The notes under the pieces are model-generated. The model searched no databases. It had not been told where the DNA came from and was given only the letters and a program-made list of their open reading frames with translations. Below are positions 19,782 through 31,764 of a DNA stretch of 64,000 bases, piece after piece. Positions within the stretch are counted from its first letter, which is position 1. Every line of letters begins with the position of its first letter. This stretch comes from an uncultured Rikenellaceae bacterium. Its GTDB lineage: Bacteria > Bacteroidota > Bacteroidia > Bacteroidales > VadinHA17. Where the stretch lies: positions 943 to 64,942 of the forward strand of contig CAZHRV010000118.1 in the NCBI GenBank assembly GCA_964535035.1. Reading direction: 5' to 3'. The translations under genes and the position numbers were made by a program.

Positions 19782-21134
19782 TTACCACTCGCAAACGGAG
19801 CCATCCGATGCAAAGACCCTTCCCATAGGTACTGTTCCTCCAAAAGGATATTTCTTAAATGCATCCTCGCTAAGGTCGAAGCCAAGACCCGGTTTTTCCG
19901 AAAGCGGGAATCTTCCGTTTACCATACGCTGAGCAGGAAATCCTAACCATTCTTCCCAAACTTTTTCATTTAATCCGGGTTCAACTCCACTGCAGACCTC
20001 CTGTACCAGGAAATTGGGCATACATGCATCAGTATTGATTGCTGCCAGGCCTCCTATCGGACCTTCACAGTTGTGAGGCGCCATCGAAAGGCCTGAAGCA
20101 GCTGCCATTGCACCTATCTTCCAGAGGGCAGTTATACCACCGCAATGGCTGGCATCTGGTTGAAGGATATCTACAATACCCTGTTCTATGAGCTCCCTGA
20201 ATCCGTATGATGCTACAAGTCTTTCTCCTGTGGCAATCGGTGTCGTTGAGCGTTTTGCAATCCTGGCCAGTGCTTTATTATTTTCAGGTGGAGTTAATTC
20301 CTCTACAAACAAGAGATTCAGAGGTTCTATCTCTTTGACAATAATCGACGCAACGCTGGGGCTTGTTTTGGCATGAAAATCACATGCTATATCGATATCC
20401 GGACCTAATGCTTCACGTATCATTTGAAGTTGTTTAATAGCCCTGTCTATCTTAGCATGTGTATCTATCCATTCATAAGCAGGAGCAGGCAATCCTGTTT
20501 TGAATGCAGTGACTCCATCTCTCTCTGCTGTTTCTCTTAATTTAATAAGTTCCTCCCTGGTACCTCCCCTTGCATGGTAGTATCCTCGTACTCCTCTTGG
20601 ATCAACCGGTCCTCCAAGTAGTTTATAAACTGGTAAGCCAAGTATCTTACCCCTGATATCCCATAATGCCTGGTCAATACCTGAAATAGCTGAACCAATT
20701 ACAGGACCGGCACGGTAGAATGCATGTACATACATAGACTGCCAGTGATGTTCTACCTGCATCGGATCGCTGCCAATAACAAAATCTTTCATATCATTGA
20801 CACATGCCATAGCAGCACCTGCCTTTCCTTCAAGTGTGGCTTCTCCCCAGCCTGTTACACCGGCATTAGTTTCAAGCTTAACAAATACATAAGGCCTGTC
20901 TGATACAGGAGTAATCGAAACACCAAAAACTTTCAGGTTAGTGATCCTCACCTTTGACAGAACATGATCAAACTGTCCGCGCTGCCATGGTGTTTTTGGG
21001 GCAGACAATACCTGCTGCTGTTGCTGTAAAGGTGATGCATCGCACCCGCAATCGCTGTCAGATTCCGGGAAGTTATTACCGGCAAGGAGGGCTCCGGTAG
21101 CGCCAATCCCATATAAGAAATCTCTTCTTTTCAT
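19782..21134 (-). CDS. D-galactonate/mannonate-dehydratase-like enolase-superfamily enzyme with twin-arginine signal
   Basis: The leader is MKRRDFLYGIGATGALLAG. Canonical DgoD-type motifs are CDFHAKT (Asp ligand plus His), LFVEELTP and IATGERLV (Glu ligands at +26/+26 spacing), LQPD and APHNC (Asp-His dyad). Confidence 0.85.
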   Translation of the reverse strand: MKRRDFLYGIGATGALLAGNNFPESDSDCGCDASPLQQQQQVLSAPKTPWQRGQFDHVLSKVRITNLKVFGVSITPVSDRPYVFVKLETNAGVTGWGEATLEGKAGAAMACVNDMKDFVIGSDPMQVEHHWQSMYVHAFYRAGPVIGSAISGIDQALWDIRGKILGLPVYKLLGGPVDPRGVRGYYHARGGTREELIKLRETAERDGVTAFKTGLPAPAYEWIDTHAKIDRAIKQLQMIREALGPDIDIACDFHAKTSPSVASIIVKEIEPLNLLFVEELTPPENNKALARIAKRSTTPIATGERLVASYGFRELIEQGIVDILQPDASHCGGITALWKIGAMAAASGLSMAPHNCEGPIGGLAAINTDACMPNFLVQEVCSGVEPGLNEKVWEEWLGFPAQRMVNGRFPLSEKPGLGFDLSEDAFKKYPFGGTVPMGRVFASDGSVCEW

Positions 21135-22363
21135 AATGTTACCTCCTTATATTTTTCAAGACTTTGCTCATTTACATTTATCCCCAGTCCGGGACCAACA
21201 GGCAAAACTGCAAAACCTTCCTTGATCACTTCAACAGGCACAGTGGTCAATGCCAGCCTCATGGCCTGATCTTCTTGTGCCTCCGGGAAGGATATCTCCT
21301 GGATAAAGAAGTTTGGAATTGATGCTGCCAGATGCAATGATGCTGCTGTTCCTATTGGTCCGCCATTATGGTTAGGGCCAACGGTAGCGTAATTGACTTC
21401 AGCTATTGTTGACATTTTTTTTATCTGCGAAATACCGTTTAAACCAATGTCGGGACGAATGATATCCACGGCATCTTCTCTAAACAGATCCTGTACCTCG
21501 CTTCCTTCTGTTATTTTTTTACCTGCACCGACACAGGTTACACTTCCTCCCGAAATCTTTTTGAAAGCACCCAGTCCGGCAGGAAGACACGGCTCATCGA
21601 ACCATAATAGGTGATATTTTTCTATAGCTGCACTTATCATCTGTGCATCACCTGGTGTGAGAAGGTTGGACCCGTCAAGAACAAAATCAACATCCTGACC
21701 TCCTGCAGCACGAAGAGCTTCAATTCTTTTTACAATAGACTGGACATAAGCCTGTCCCTGGTTTCTGTAAACAACAGGCGTTATGGGAACTTTAAATGCC
21801 ATATATCCGGCACTTTTTGCCCTGTTCATTGCACTTATCAAAGCTGTATCTGTATCACCCATAATAGGAGCAAGCACCCGGGCCCTGTGACGTGTGGGAC
21901 CTCCAAGGACCTGGAATATGGGCGCTTTGCACAACTTGCCCACAACATCGAGCATTGCTATATTCAATGCTGCACGCGCTGTAGGACATTTGGCTAATAA
22001 TGATGCTGTAACATCAAATGATGTAACCGGTTTCCCAAGTATTATAGTCTTTGCCTCTGCATATTCGGCCGGCCACAAAGGTGCACACTCTCCAAAACCA
22101 GTTAATCCGGAAGCAGTCTGGATTTTTATCACAGTATATGCCCTCTTTGATATTGGTTCCCTTAGCATCCAGCCCCTGACATCTTTAATTGCCAGGTCGC
22201 CTTCCGCCGATGACGGAATATCTCCAGGCCTTACCGATGCCTCCAGCTTCGCTCTTCGCTGCCGGACAACATCTGGCAATGCTGAACCTCCATAAGCTGT
22301 TGCAGTGCCCCCGGCATTTATTTTGAATGATGCCGGTTGAATAGTTTTTTTTATTTTAGTCAT
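21131..22363 (-). CDS. Divergent enolase-superfamily (MR/MLE-like) protein
   Basis: GLTGFGEC...AALNIAMLDVVGKLCKAPIFQVLGG is the capping-domain pattern, and the barrel motifs VLDGSN, LWFDEP and IRPD are present. Its stop overlaps the start of the downstream paralogue by 4 nt. Confidence 0.7.
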   Translation of the reverse strand: MTKIKKTIQPASFKINAGGTATAYGGSALPDVVRQRRAKLEASVRPGDIPSSAEGDLAIKDVRGWMLREPISKRAYTVIKIQTASGLTGFGECAPLWPAEYAEAKTIILGKPVTSFDVTASLLAKCPTARAALNIAMLDVVGKLCKAPIFQVLGGPTRHRARVLAPIMGDTDTALISAMNRAKSAGYMAFKVPITPVVYRNQGQAYVQSIVKRIEALRAAGGQDVDFVLDGSNLLTPGDAQMISAAIEKYHLLWFDEPCLPAGLGAFKKISGGSVTCVGAGKKITEGSEVQDLFREDAVDIIRPDIGLNGISQIKKMSTIAEVNYATVGPNHNGGPIGTAASLHLAASIPNFFIQEISFPEAQEDQAMRLALTTVPVEVIKEGFAVLPVGPGLGINVNEQSLEKYKEVTL

Positions 22364-23080
22364 GCTTTTAAAAAAATAGTAATATGATTATCATATCAAT
22401 AATCGAACTCTTTGTTATATGTATTCAAACCAAATTACACCGGGCTTGTTAAAAAACCTCAAGGTGTTGTTAAGTAAAGATATTTAAAATGTTTCATATA
22501 TTAGTTCCAGTCTGTGAATGATATACTTCCTTCTTCTTTTTTTAATGTTTTCTTCTTTGATTAAGTGGAAGGGCTAACTATATTGATCATAGGTGGCCGA
22601 GTTAAAATGATCATCAAAATCAAGAGTTAAGTACTTGTTTTAAAATTATATATGCTAAAAATAGTAGTTCTTATTATTTATATGCCGATTTGGAATTAAC
22701 TTATTGAGAAATAGAATAAACTTGATTAACAAGTTATATTGATGAACCGGGAGATGGATGATAATATTTTTTGGATCAGTGTAAATTTGAATGAGAATTT
22801 AAAGTTTTTGACAATAAAACGTTAAATTAGTCTGTTAAAAGTGTTTTTCTTTTACGTAATATCGGGGTGTTAAATTACAACCGCTTTGTTCTTTGCGATT
22901 CTGGAATAATTGTGTTGTATACGGATTATCCCAAAAAACATCAACAAAATAAAAGGTTACCTTACTTTGATATTAAAAATTAGGAAACAGGTGAATTTCA
23001 AAGAAACAGGAATTATTGATTAATTTCAAATGCCGGGATATTGATTCTATTATTTATTATAAAAATAAAAATGATGAATT

Positions 23081-25469
<2,389 letters not shown>

Positions 25470-25492
25470 GAGTGATATTTATTGTTAAAAAA

Positions 25493-25523
25493 ATCCCTGC
25501 ACTTAAAATGCGGGGATTTTTTT
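25493..25523 (+). terminator. Intrinsic terminator after the esterase gene
   Basis: ATCCCTGCA (25493-25501), loop CTTAAAA, TGCGGGGAT (25509-25517), then T6. It is preceded by an A-run. Confidence 0.7.
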
Positions 25524-25634
25524 GAGAATGACTGCGTATTATGATTAATTAGAAAAGTCTCCTGAGAATGCTTAACTTTATCATGAGACATCAAAACCTG
25601 CAGAAGAGTATATGAACAGATAAAAACTTATATT

Positions 25635-27530
25635 ATGAATAATAAACTTTACAACAGGCTTCTTATATCAGTTTTGTGTGTTTTTTCAATTACCGGCATA
25701 TCCTGCATCAGAAATACCGGTAATGATGAAAAACTGCATACCTGGGAGATGTATGAGATAACACTTCTGGCAGAAAAGGGATACAGTAACTATTACACCG
25801 ATATTACCTGCTGGGTGGAGTTGGAAGGTCCCGATTTTTCGAAGCGTATTTATGGCTTCTGGGATGGAGGCAATATTTTTAAGGTAAGAATAATTGCCGC
25901 AAAACCTGGCAAGTGGCACTGGCAAAGTTCTTCGAATCAGCCTGATGATAATGGCCTGAACAATAAACATGGTGAGTTTGAAGCTATCGGATGGTCGAAA
26001 AATGAGATAGCACAGAATCCTAATCGTCACGGTTTTATAAGGCCGTCAAAAAATGGCCATTCCCTTCAGTATGCTGATGGGACTCCGTTTTTTCTGATCG
26101 GCGACACCTGGCTTGCAGGCACGACATGGCGATTGCCTTTCAGAAATGCAGTCTCACCGGATAACTACGAACCAGGTCCCGGAATTGGCTTTGAAGATGC
26201 TGTGACATACAGGAAAAAGCAGGGATTTAATTCTGTAAGTATGATTGCCTGTTTCCCTAACTGGGAAGCAGACGAAAATGCAAATACCTATGCCGACTCA
26301 AACGGAATATTCTTAAGGAATGCCTGGGAAAAATTCGGTTATTTCGTTAAAGGCGGGCAGTTGACTTCCAAGGATATGCGGGATGAAAGCGGGAACAAAC
26401 CTTTCGAGATGTCTCGACTACATAAGGGAGTGGCAGATTTTGACAGAATAATCCCGGGATATTTCCAAAGTCTTGACAGAAAGATGAAATATCTCTCCGA
26501 ACAGGGATTTGTACCCTTACTTGAGAGTGTAAGACGGGATAATTGTCCTGCCTGGAAAGCATACTTTGATTTTAATGAATCATACTCGAGATATATTCAA
26601 TATCTTATTTCAAGATATGGGGCTTATAATATTCTTTTCAGCGGCATTCATCTCGACTGGATTCCAAAAGAATACAGTCTAACAGCTGATGAATTCAATG
26701 AAGCCCTGACATATCACTTAAAGAAGTTCGGGCCGATGCCTTTTGGACAACCACATACTACACTCATAAACAACTCAACCTACACGCAATTCGGTCATGG
26801 ACAGGATTGTCCGTGGCTTACAATGCACAGCGTGGGTAATAATCCTCGTGATCATCGTGTTTCAGCCATGCTTGATACTTTGTTTAAGCTGACACCGGCT
26901 TACCCTGCTATTAATTTTGAACCTTATTATACCGGATGGGACCATTCCATTAACAAACCACATGGAGAGCGTCCGGCTGTTAATTCTGTCCGCGACAACT
27001 ACTTCACAAGAGCAATGATGTATGTATCTGTACTTTCAGGCGGACTGTCCGGACATGTTCATGGAACGGCAGCCTATGATATAACGACTACCGGTGAACC
27101 GGCAGGTTTGCGGCCACATATATGGGATGCCATGAAATATGAATCGGCTGACTATATGAGACATTTAGGTGAATTTATTCTATCCGAAGGTGAAAGGTAT
27201 CAGGCTCTTGAGCCGCTTCAGGAGGATCTTTTGCCCAGGAAAGCTGCCGGCAGTTTTGACGACGGCCTTGACGGGTGGTCATATATGATGAGGAACAGTG
27301 AGAAAGATTTTGCATTATTGTACTTTGAAAACGGTTCGGTCAAACCTGCTCTGACAGGATTCATACCTGACATACCATATTCCCTGATATGGTTTGATCC
27401 TCAGACTGGGGAGTGGCACAAACCAATTACCGTAAGGACAGATGAATATGGATCACTGACAATTCCTTCTTTCCCCGACTCAAAGGATTCTTCTGTTACA
27501 GACTGGGCACTGAAGATAATGAAACATTAA
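25635..27530 (+). CDS. DUF5060 / DUF4038 (GH140-like) protein with C-terminal beta-sandwich
   Basis: The N-terminal region (WEMYEITLLAEKGYSNYYTDITCWVELEGPDFSKRIYGFWDGGNIFKVRI) looks Ig-like. GTPFFLIGDTWLAGTTW matches my recollection of the DUF4038/GH140 apiosidase-like family. A signal peptide is present. Confidence 0.55.
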   Translation: MNNKLYNRLLISVLCVFSITGISCIRNTGNDEKLHTWEMYEITLLAEKGYSNYYTDITCWVELEGPDFSKRIYGFWDGGNIFKVRIIAAKPGKWHWQSSSNQPDDNGLNNKHGEFEAIGWSKNEIAQNPNRHGFIRPSKNGHSLQYADGTPFFLIGDTWLAGTTWRLPFRNAVSPDNYEPGPGIGFEDAVTYRKKQGFNSVSMIACFPNWEADENANTYADSNGIFLRNAWEKFGYFVKGGQLTSKDMRDESGNKPFEMSRLHKGVADFDRIIPGYFQSLDRKMKYLSEQGFVPLLESVRRDNCPAWKAYFDFNESYSRYIQYLISRYGAYNILFSGIHLDWIPKEYSLTADEFNEALTYHLKKFGPMPFGQPHTTLINNSTYTQFGHGQDCPWLTMHSVGNNPRDHRVSAMLDTLFKLTPAYPAINFEPYYTGWDHSINKPHGERPAVNSVRDNYFTRAMMYVSVLSGGLSGHVHGTAAYDITTTGEPAGLRPHIWDAMKYESADYMRHLGEFILSEGERYQALEPLQEDLLPRKAAGSFDDGLDGWSYMMRNSEKDFALLYFENGSVKPALTGFIPDIPYSLIWFDPQTGEWHKPITVRTDEYGSLTIPSFPDSKDSSVTDWALKIMKH

Positions 27531-27593
27531 TTCAATGTGATTTAAATGATAATATCCCTGGATTCTGATATTAACAACATAAAACATGAAAGC

Positions 27594-29192
27594 ATGAAAT
27601 TAAGATTATTGCATTTTCGGAATCTCTTTATACTCCTACCGGTGTGTGTGTTTGTAATCGGATGTTCTCGGGCCGTTCAGTATCCCTATGCGTATGAGGA
27701 TGGATTGCCAAGAAGTACTCCCGAGGAACAGGGCGTGCCTTCTGAGACCATCGCCAGGTTTTTTCAGATGATTGATGAAAAAGGGTATGATGTCCACGGG
27801 CTGATGATGATCCGCCATGGAAAGGTGATTGCTGAACACTGGTGGGCTCCATATGCTCCTCAGTACCAACATGCCATGTATTCGGCAACTAAGACATTTA
27901 CTTCTACTGCCATCGGCTTTGCAGTACAGGAGGGGCTTCTTAACATCGAGGATAAGGTAATCTCCTTTTTCCCCGATCTGCTTCCCGATACGATTTCACC
28001 TCAGCTGGCCGGGCTCTCAGTCAAACATCTGCTGACCATGTCGGTAGGCCACGCCTCGATGTCATATGCCGGTTCAGGCAAGAGCCAGGTGCGTTCGTTC
28101 CTGGCAGCACATTTTGCCCATGAGCCGGGTACCTCTTTTGCTTACAACATTACGGCATCTCACATGATGTCCCATATTATAACAAAGGTGAGCGGAGTAT
28201 CCCTTCATGAGTATCTGAAACCGCGTCTGCTCGATCCGCTGGGCATTGAGGATGTTGTTTGGGAAATGGACAATGACGGATATAACATGGGTAACGGCGG
28301 TACCCACATGAAGACTTCGGATTTGGCAAAAATGGGCCTGTTCCTTCTTAACAAAGGAAAATGGGAAGGACAGCAACTATTGGATCCTGCATGGATCGAT
28401 GCAGCTACAACTCCGCATATCTACCAGCATCCTGAACGGACTCCTGAAGAGAATGCTGCGGACGATGGCTCTCAGGGCTATGGCTATCAGATCTGGATGG
28501 GACGTCAAAACTCATACCGGGCCATTGGAGGACAGAACCAACTGATCATGGTGATCCCGGATTACGATTTTATTCTGGTTTGCCACAGCAGCATCGGTGA
28601 TGAGGCCGGTTTCAATAGTCTGATATACGATATGCTCCCCTCTATGAGCGACAAGAAACTGAAGGCTAACAGCTCATTTGACCTGACAGCTGCTATTGCC
28701 GGATACAAGATAAGGCTCCCCTTCGAGGGAACCAGCACATCGAAGGTGACGATGAGCACCCGTCGATACCGGATGGATGAGAATGCAACAGGCATCCGTT
28801 CAGTCCTGTTCCGTTTCGATGCTTCAGGTAACTGCTATCTTACTTTTGTATCGCCCGGTGCCATCCACAACATTCCCTTTGGATTGGACAACTGGATGAT
28901 TGGTATGACCGACAGATCGCTCTCCATTGCCCGCATGGTTTATCCCAACACTATGGGAGTCACCCCGGTCCACACGGCAGGTATTTGCTCCTGGACAGGC
29001 GATAATCAGCTTTCGGCCTACTATCTCTCGATGTTCAATCCAGGATCTGATGAGACTTTCCGGTTTACATTCGAGGGTGAACAACTGAAGGTGGAGATCA
29101 TGGCGCCCTCACGGCGCCGTCTGGGTCCTCCGGGCATGCAACAACTGAAACCGGGTAACCTTATCTTTACCGGAACGAAAATAAATGACTGA
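27594..29192 (+). CDS. Beta-lactamase-fold serine hydrolase (class C / esterase EstB-like)
   Basis: The S-x-x-K motif is MYSATKTF and the lipoprotein-like leader is MKLRLLHFRNLFILLPVCVFVIGCS. I prefer the ATG at 27594 over the ORF-track start at 27546. Confidence 0.7.
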   Translation: MKLRLLHFRNLFILLPVCVFVIGCSRAVQYPYAYEDGLPRSTPEEQGVPSETIARFFQMIDEKGYDVHGLMMIRHGKVIAEHWWAPYAPQYQHAMYSATKTFTSTAIGFAVQEGLLNIEDKVISFFPDLLPDTISPQLAGLSVKHLLTMSVGHASMSYAGSGKSQVRSFLAAHFAHEPGTSFAYNITASHMMSHIITKVSGVSLHEYLKPRLLDPLGIEDVVWEMDNDGYNMGNGGTHMKTSDLAKMGLFLLNKGKWEGQQLLDPAWIDAATTPHIYQHPERTPEENAADDGSQGYGYQIWMGRQNSYRAIGGQNQLIMVIPDYDFILVCHSSIGDEAGFNSLIYDMLPSMSDKKLKANSSFDLTAAIAGYKIRLPFEGTSTSKVTMSTRRYRMDENATGIRSVLFRFDASGNCYLTFVSPGAIHNIPFGLDNWMIGMTDRSLSIARMVYPNTMGVTPVHTAGICSWTGDNQLSAYYLSMFNPGSDETFRFTFEGEQLKVEIMAPSRRRLGPPGMQQLKPGNLIFTGTKIND

Positions 29193-29208
29193 TAAACAAT
29201 AGCTGAGG

Positions 29209-31359
29209 CTATTGTTTATCATACCTCAATATCACGACAAATTTCCCACTTTCCTTTCCCGGGATAACTTTCATTTCCATCTGTCCGGTCACTTTTGTTC
29301 CAACACCAAGTTTGGAAAGAGTATCTGTTACTGTGGCCTGATCACCTGAACCTGTCAATTCGGCTTTAGTCAACTCTCCTCTCCACAATACGGGACCGAA
29401 GGTATGTCTGAATGTATATTGACCAGGTACAATATTTTCAAAAACATACTCATTCTGACCTTCCTTAATCATTTTTCGTTCAATCATTTCTCTATCCTTC
29501 ATAAGTTCGATTTCGGCACCCCTGCCCATCGTCTGTTCCGTTCTTTCCCTGTAGTAATCCGTTCCGCTGTCAAAGGCCTCGACTTTAAAATAATATTCAG
29601 GATCCCTGTTGAGACTGTGGATGGTTATTGTATAATCATCATAAACCATATAGCTGTTGTAAAGCTTATCGGGTTCAATACCGTAACGAACAACATAACC
29701 GTCGACTCCTTTTACAGGTTGCCAGGTAAGGGTCGCGTCACGGCGATCCTCCGGGTCTCGGACAATCATAACATCTTTAACCTCTGTGAATTTCGCAACT
29801 TTAGGATTTCCGAAAACACGCAATTCCTGAACTGCAAATTTCCCGCTATCAGGGGTGAAAACATTTGTTAATTTTACAAACCTGGCTTTTACAGGTTCCT
29901 GAAGTTCTGTGTAATCATGCCTGTTATCGATGGTATTATTACTTTTATCAATCAGCATCAACCAGTTCTCATTGTCGCCTGAAACCTGTAATGTAAAGGA
30001 CTGATAACGGGGATTACTCATGCTCACGTTCCTGTTCATGCCCATACCCATGCCCATCCCCGGGCCTCTGCCAAATGCTATCTTTGCATCATGCTGGTCA
30101 AAGTTGACCTGCAGGGCATAAATTTCACATTCCTTGCCAAGATCAATTGTCATAAACTCACTGGGATCACCTGTTGCGGCACTCCAGTGTGTCATGAAAT
30201 TTTCATCAACGGCATTACCAGGTGCAAATACTTCGAGGGTTGAGGATACCTCTACGTATTTTTTATGGGATAAAAGCATCCACCCTGTAAAGTTATTATC
30301 AACCGCATTTTCTTTGATACCAGGATAATATTGCGGATAATCGCCAAAAGCAGTATTGGAGTGCATTACACCTTCAGCATCAACCGCAGTAGGGAATAAA
30401 ACGATCTCACCGCCTCCTCTTCCACCATAGAATGCCGGGATCATACAAATAGTCCATAATTGCCCGTTTTTGTCGTGGAAAGTGCTGCCATGACCTGCAC
30501 CAAGAATATATCCTGTCGTTTTAAATGTAAGAGGATTATGCTGGGAATATTCAAATGGACCGAGAGGGTTATCAGCAACATAGACCCCATGTGAATAGGA
30601 CGAAAATTCGAGACCAATTGCAGCATATTGCAGATAGTATTTCCCATTGTGCTTTACCATCCAGGGCCCCTCTATCCATGGCGATTCTTCAGGGAAGTAT
30701 GGTCTGTGTGTGAAGAAGGGAAATATCACATCTTCTTTTCTTCTTCGCTCAAATCCATGATTTGCATAGTCGCCAAAGAAACAGACTACAGGTTCTCCTT
30801 TTTCCTTGAAGCCGTTATCCGGATCCAGTTCAACGACCTGAAATGGTAAAACCTGTGACCACCCCCAGTACATATAGAACCGTCCGTCATCATCAATAAA
30901 CATATCCGCATCGCCGTATCTATCACTATCCAAAGTACCAACCTTTGTCCATACTCCCTGCTTAGGATCAGTGCTTGCGAACACATCCCTTGCGTTCATT
31001 GAACATGCATATAAAGTCTCACCATTAGTTGCAACCGATGGACAGCCTCTTGGAAAATCAGGAACATTAATATAGGTCCAGTCTCTCATATTACCGGAAT
31101 GCCAGTATCCTCTTCCACCTGTAATAAAAAGATAATAATCATCCTTGTAAAGGACTACTACTGGTTCTCCGGCCCTGCGTGCTCTTTCAGAACCTACGCT
31201 CAGGTTGAGAGGATTACAGAATGTCACCGGTTTGTCTGTTATCCGGACAGAAAAAGTCTCCGATTTGCCTGCATTGTCTGATGCCTGCTTGCATGAAGTA
31301 CCAGCAATCAAAGTTACTATTACCAGCAGAATTAATGTTTTAAATTTAAATTTGTGCAT
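29209..31359 (-). CDS. GH43-like beta-propeller hydrolase fused to an F5/8 type C (discoidin) domain and C-terminal beta-sandwich domains, lipoprotein
   Basis: The leader is MHKFKFKTLILLVIVTLIAGTSC. DADMFIDDDGRFYMYWG and IEGPWMVKHNGKYYLQYAA are GH43-like motifs. NAVDENFMTHWSAATGDPSEFMTIDLG is discoidin-like. Confidence 0.7.
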   Translation of the reverse strand: MHKFKFKTLILLVIVTLIAGTSCKQASDNAGKSETFSVRITDKPVTFCNPLNLSVGSERARRAGEPVVVLYKDDYYLFITGGRGYWHSGNMRDWTYINVPDFPRGCPSVATNGETLYACSMNARDVFASTDPKQGVWTKVGTLDSDRYGDADMFIDDDGRFYMYWGWSQVLPFQVVELDPDNGFKEKGEPVVCFFGDYANHGFERRRKEDVIFPFFTHRPYFPEESPWIEGPWMVKHNGKYYLQYAAIGLEFSSYSHGVYVADNPLGPFEYSQHNPLTFKTTGYILGAGHGSTFHDKNGQLWTICMIPAFYGGRGGGEIVLFPTAVDAEGVMHSNTAFGDYPQYYPGIKENAVDNNFTGWMLLSHKKYVEVSSTLEVFAPGNAVDENFMTHWSAATGDPSEFMTIDLGKECEIYALQVNFDQHDAKIAFGRGPGMGMGMGMNRNVSMSNPRYQSFTLQVSGDNENWLMLIDKSNNTIDNRHDYTELQEPVKARFVKLTNVFTPDSGKFAVQELRVFGNPKVAKFTEVKDVMIVRDPEDRRDATLTWQPVKGVDGYVVRYGIEPDKLYNSYMVYDDYTITIHSLNRDPEYYFKVEAFDSGTDYYRERTEQTMGRGAEIELMKDREMIERKMIKEGQNEYVFENIVPGQYTFRHTFGPVLWRGELTKAELTGSGDQATVTDTLSKLGVGTKVTGQMEMKVIPGKESGKFVVILRYDKQ

Positions 31360-31764
31360 GATTGGTTTAGATTAAGTTATTAGATAAATATTCAATTTGT
31401 TTTTGAGCAGAATTATTGAATGAAACTATAATATTTACTATGAAATAAAAGAGTGACGTTTTCATCAAAATAAAAAATATTAAGTAGATAAAAATATATT
31501 ATTATTTAAAGAAAACCAAAGATAATTTTATTTCACCTTACGACTAATGAACATAATATCAGTGGCATCATGCTGCGTCCCTAAATCTGAATGTTTTTAG
31601 CCGGCCGTCGGGCAAAGCTGTCTGCTGTTTTGGTAATTAGCATTTAAATAGAGATACAGTGTTTGAAATTATCCATTTTTTCATTATATTTGAATAACAT
31701 TAAACGGCACTCCCGATTTTATAACTAATACAATTTCTAACCAATCAAAAAACCTGATGCTATT

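Noticed and set aside
30038-30066. An imperfect CATRCC hexanucleotide tract encoding GPGMGMGMGMN inside the GH43/discoidin gene, considered as a possible contingency repeat
   Set aside because: It is a short, imperfect, in-frame hexanucleotide-type repeat within an inter-domain linker. Length changes would not shift the frame, and nothing suggests phase variation.
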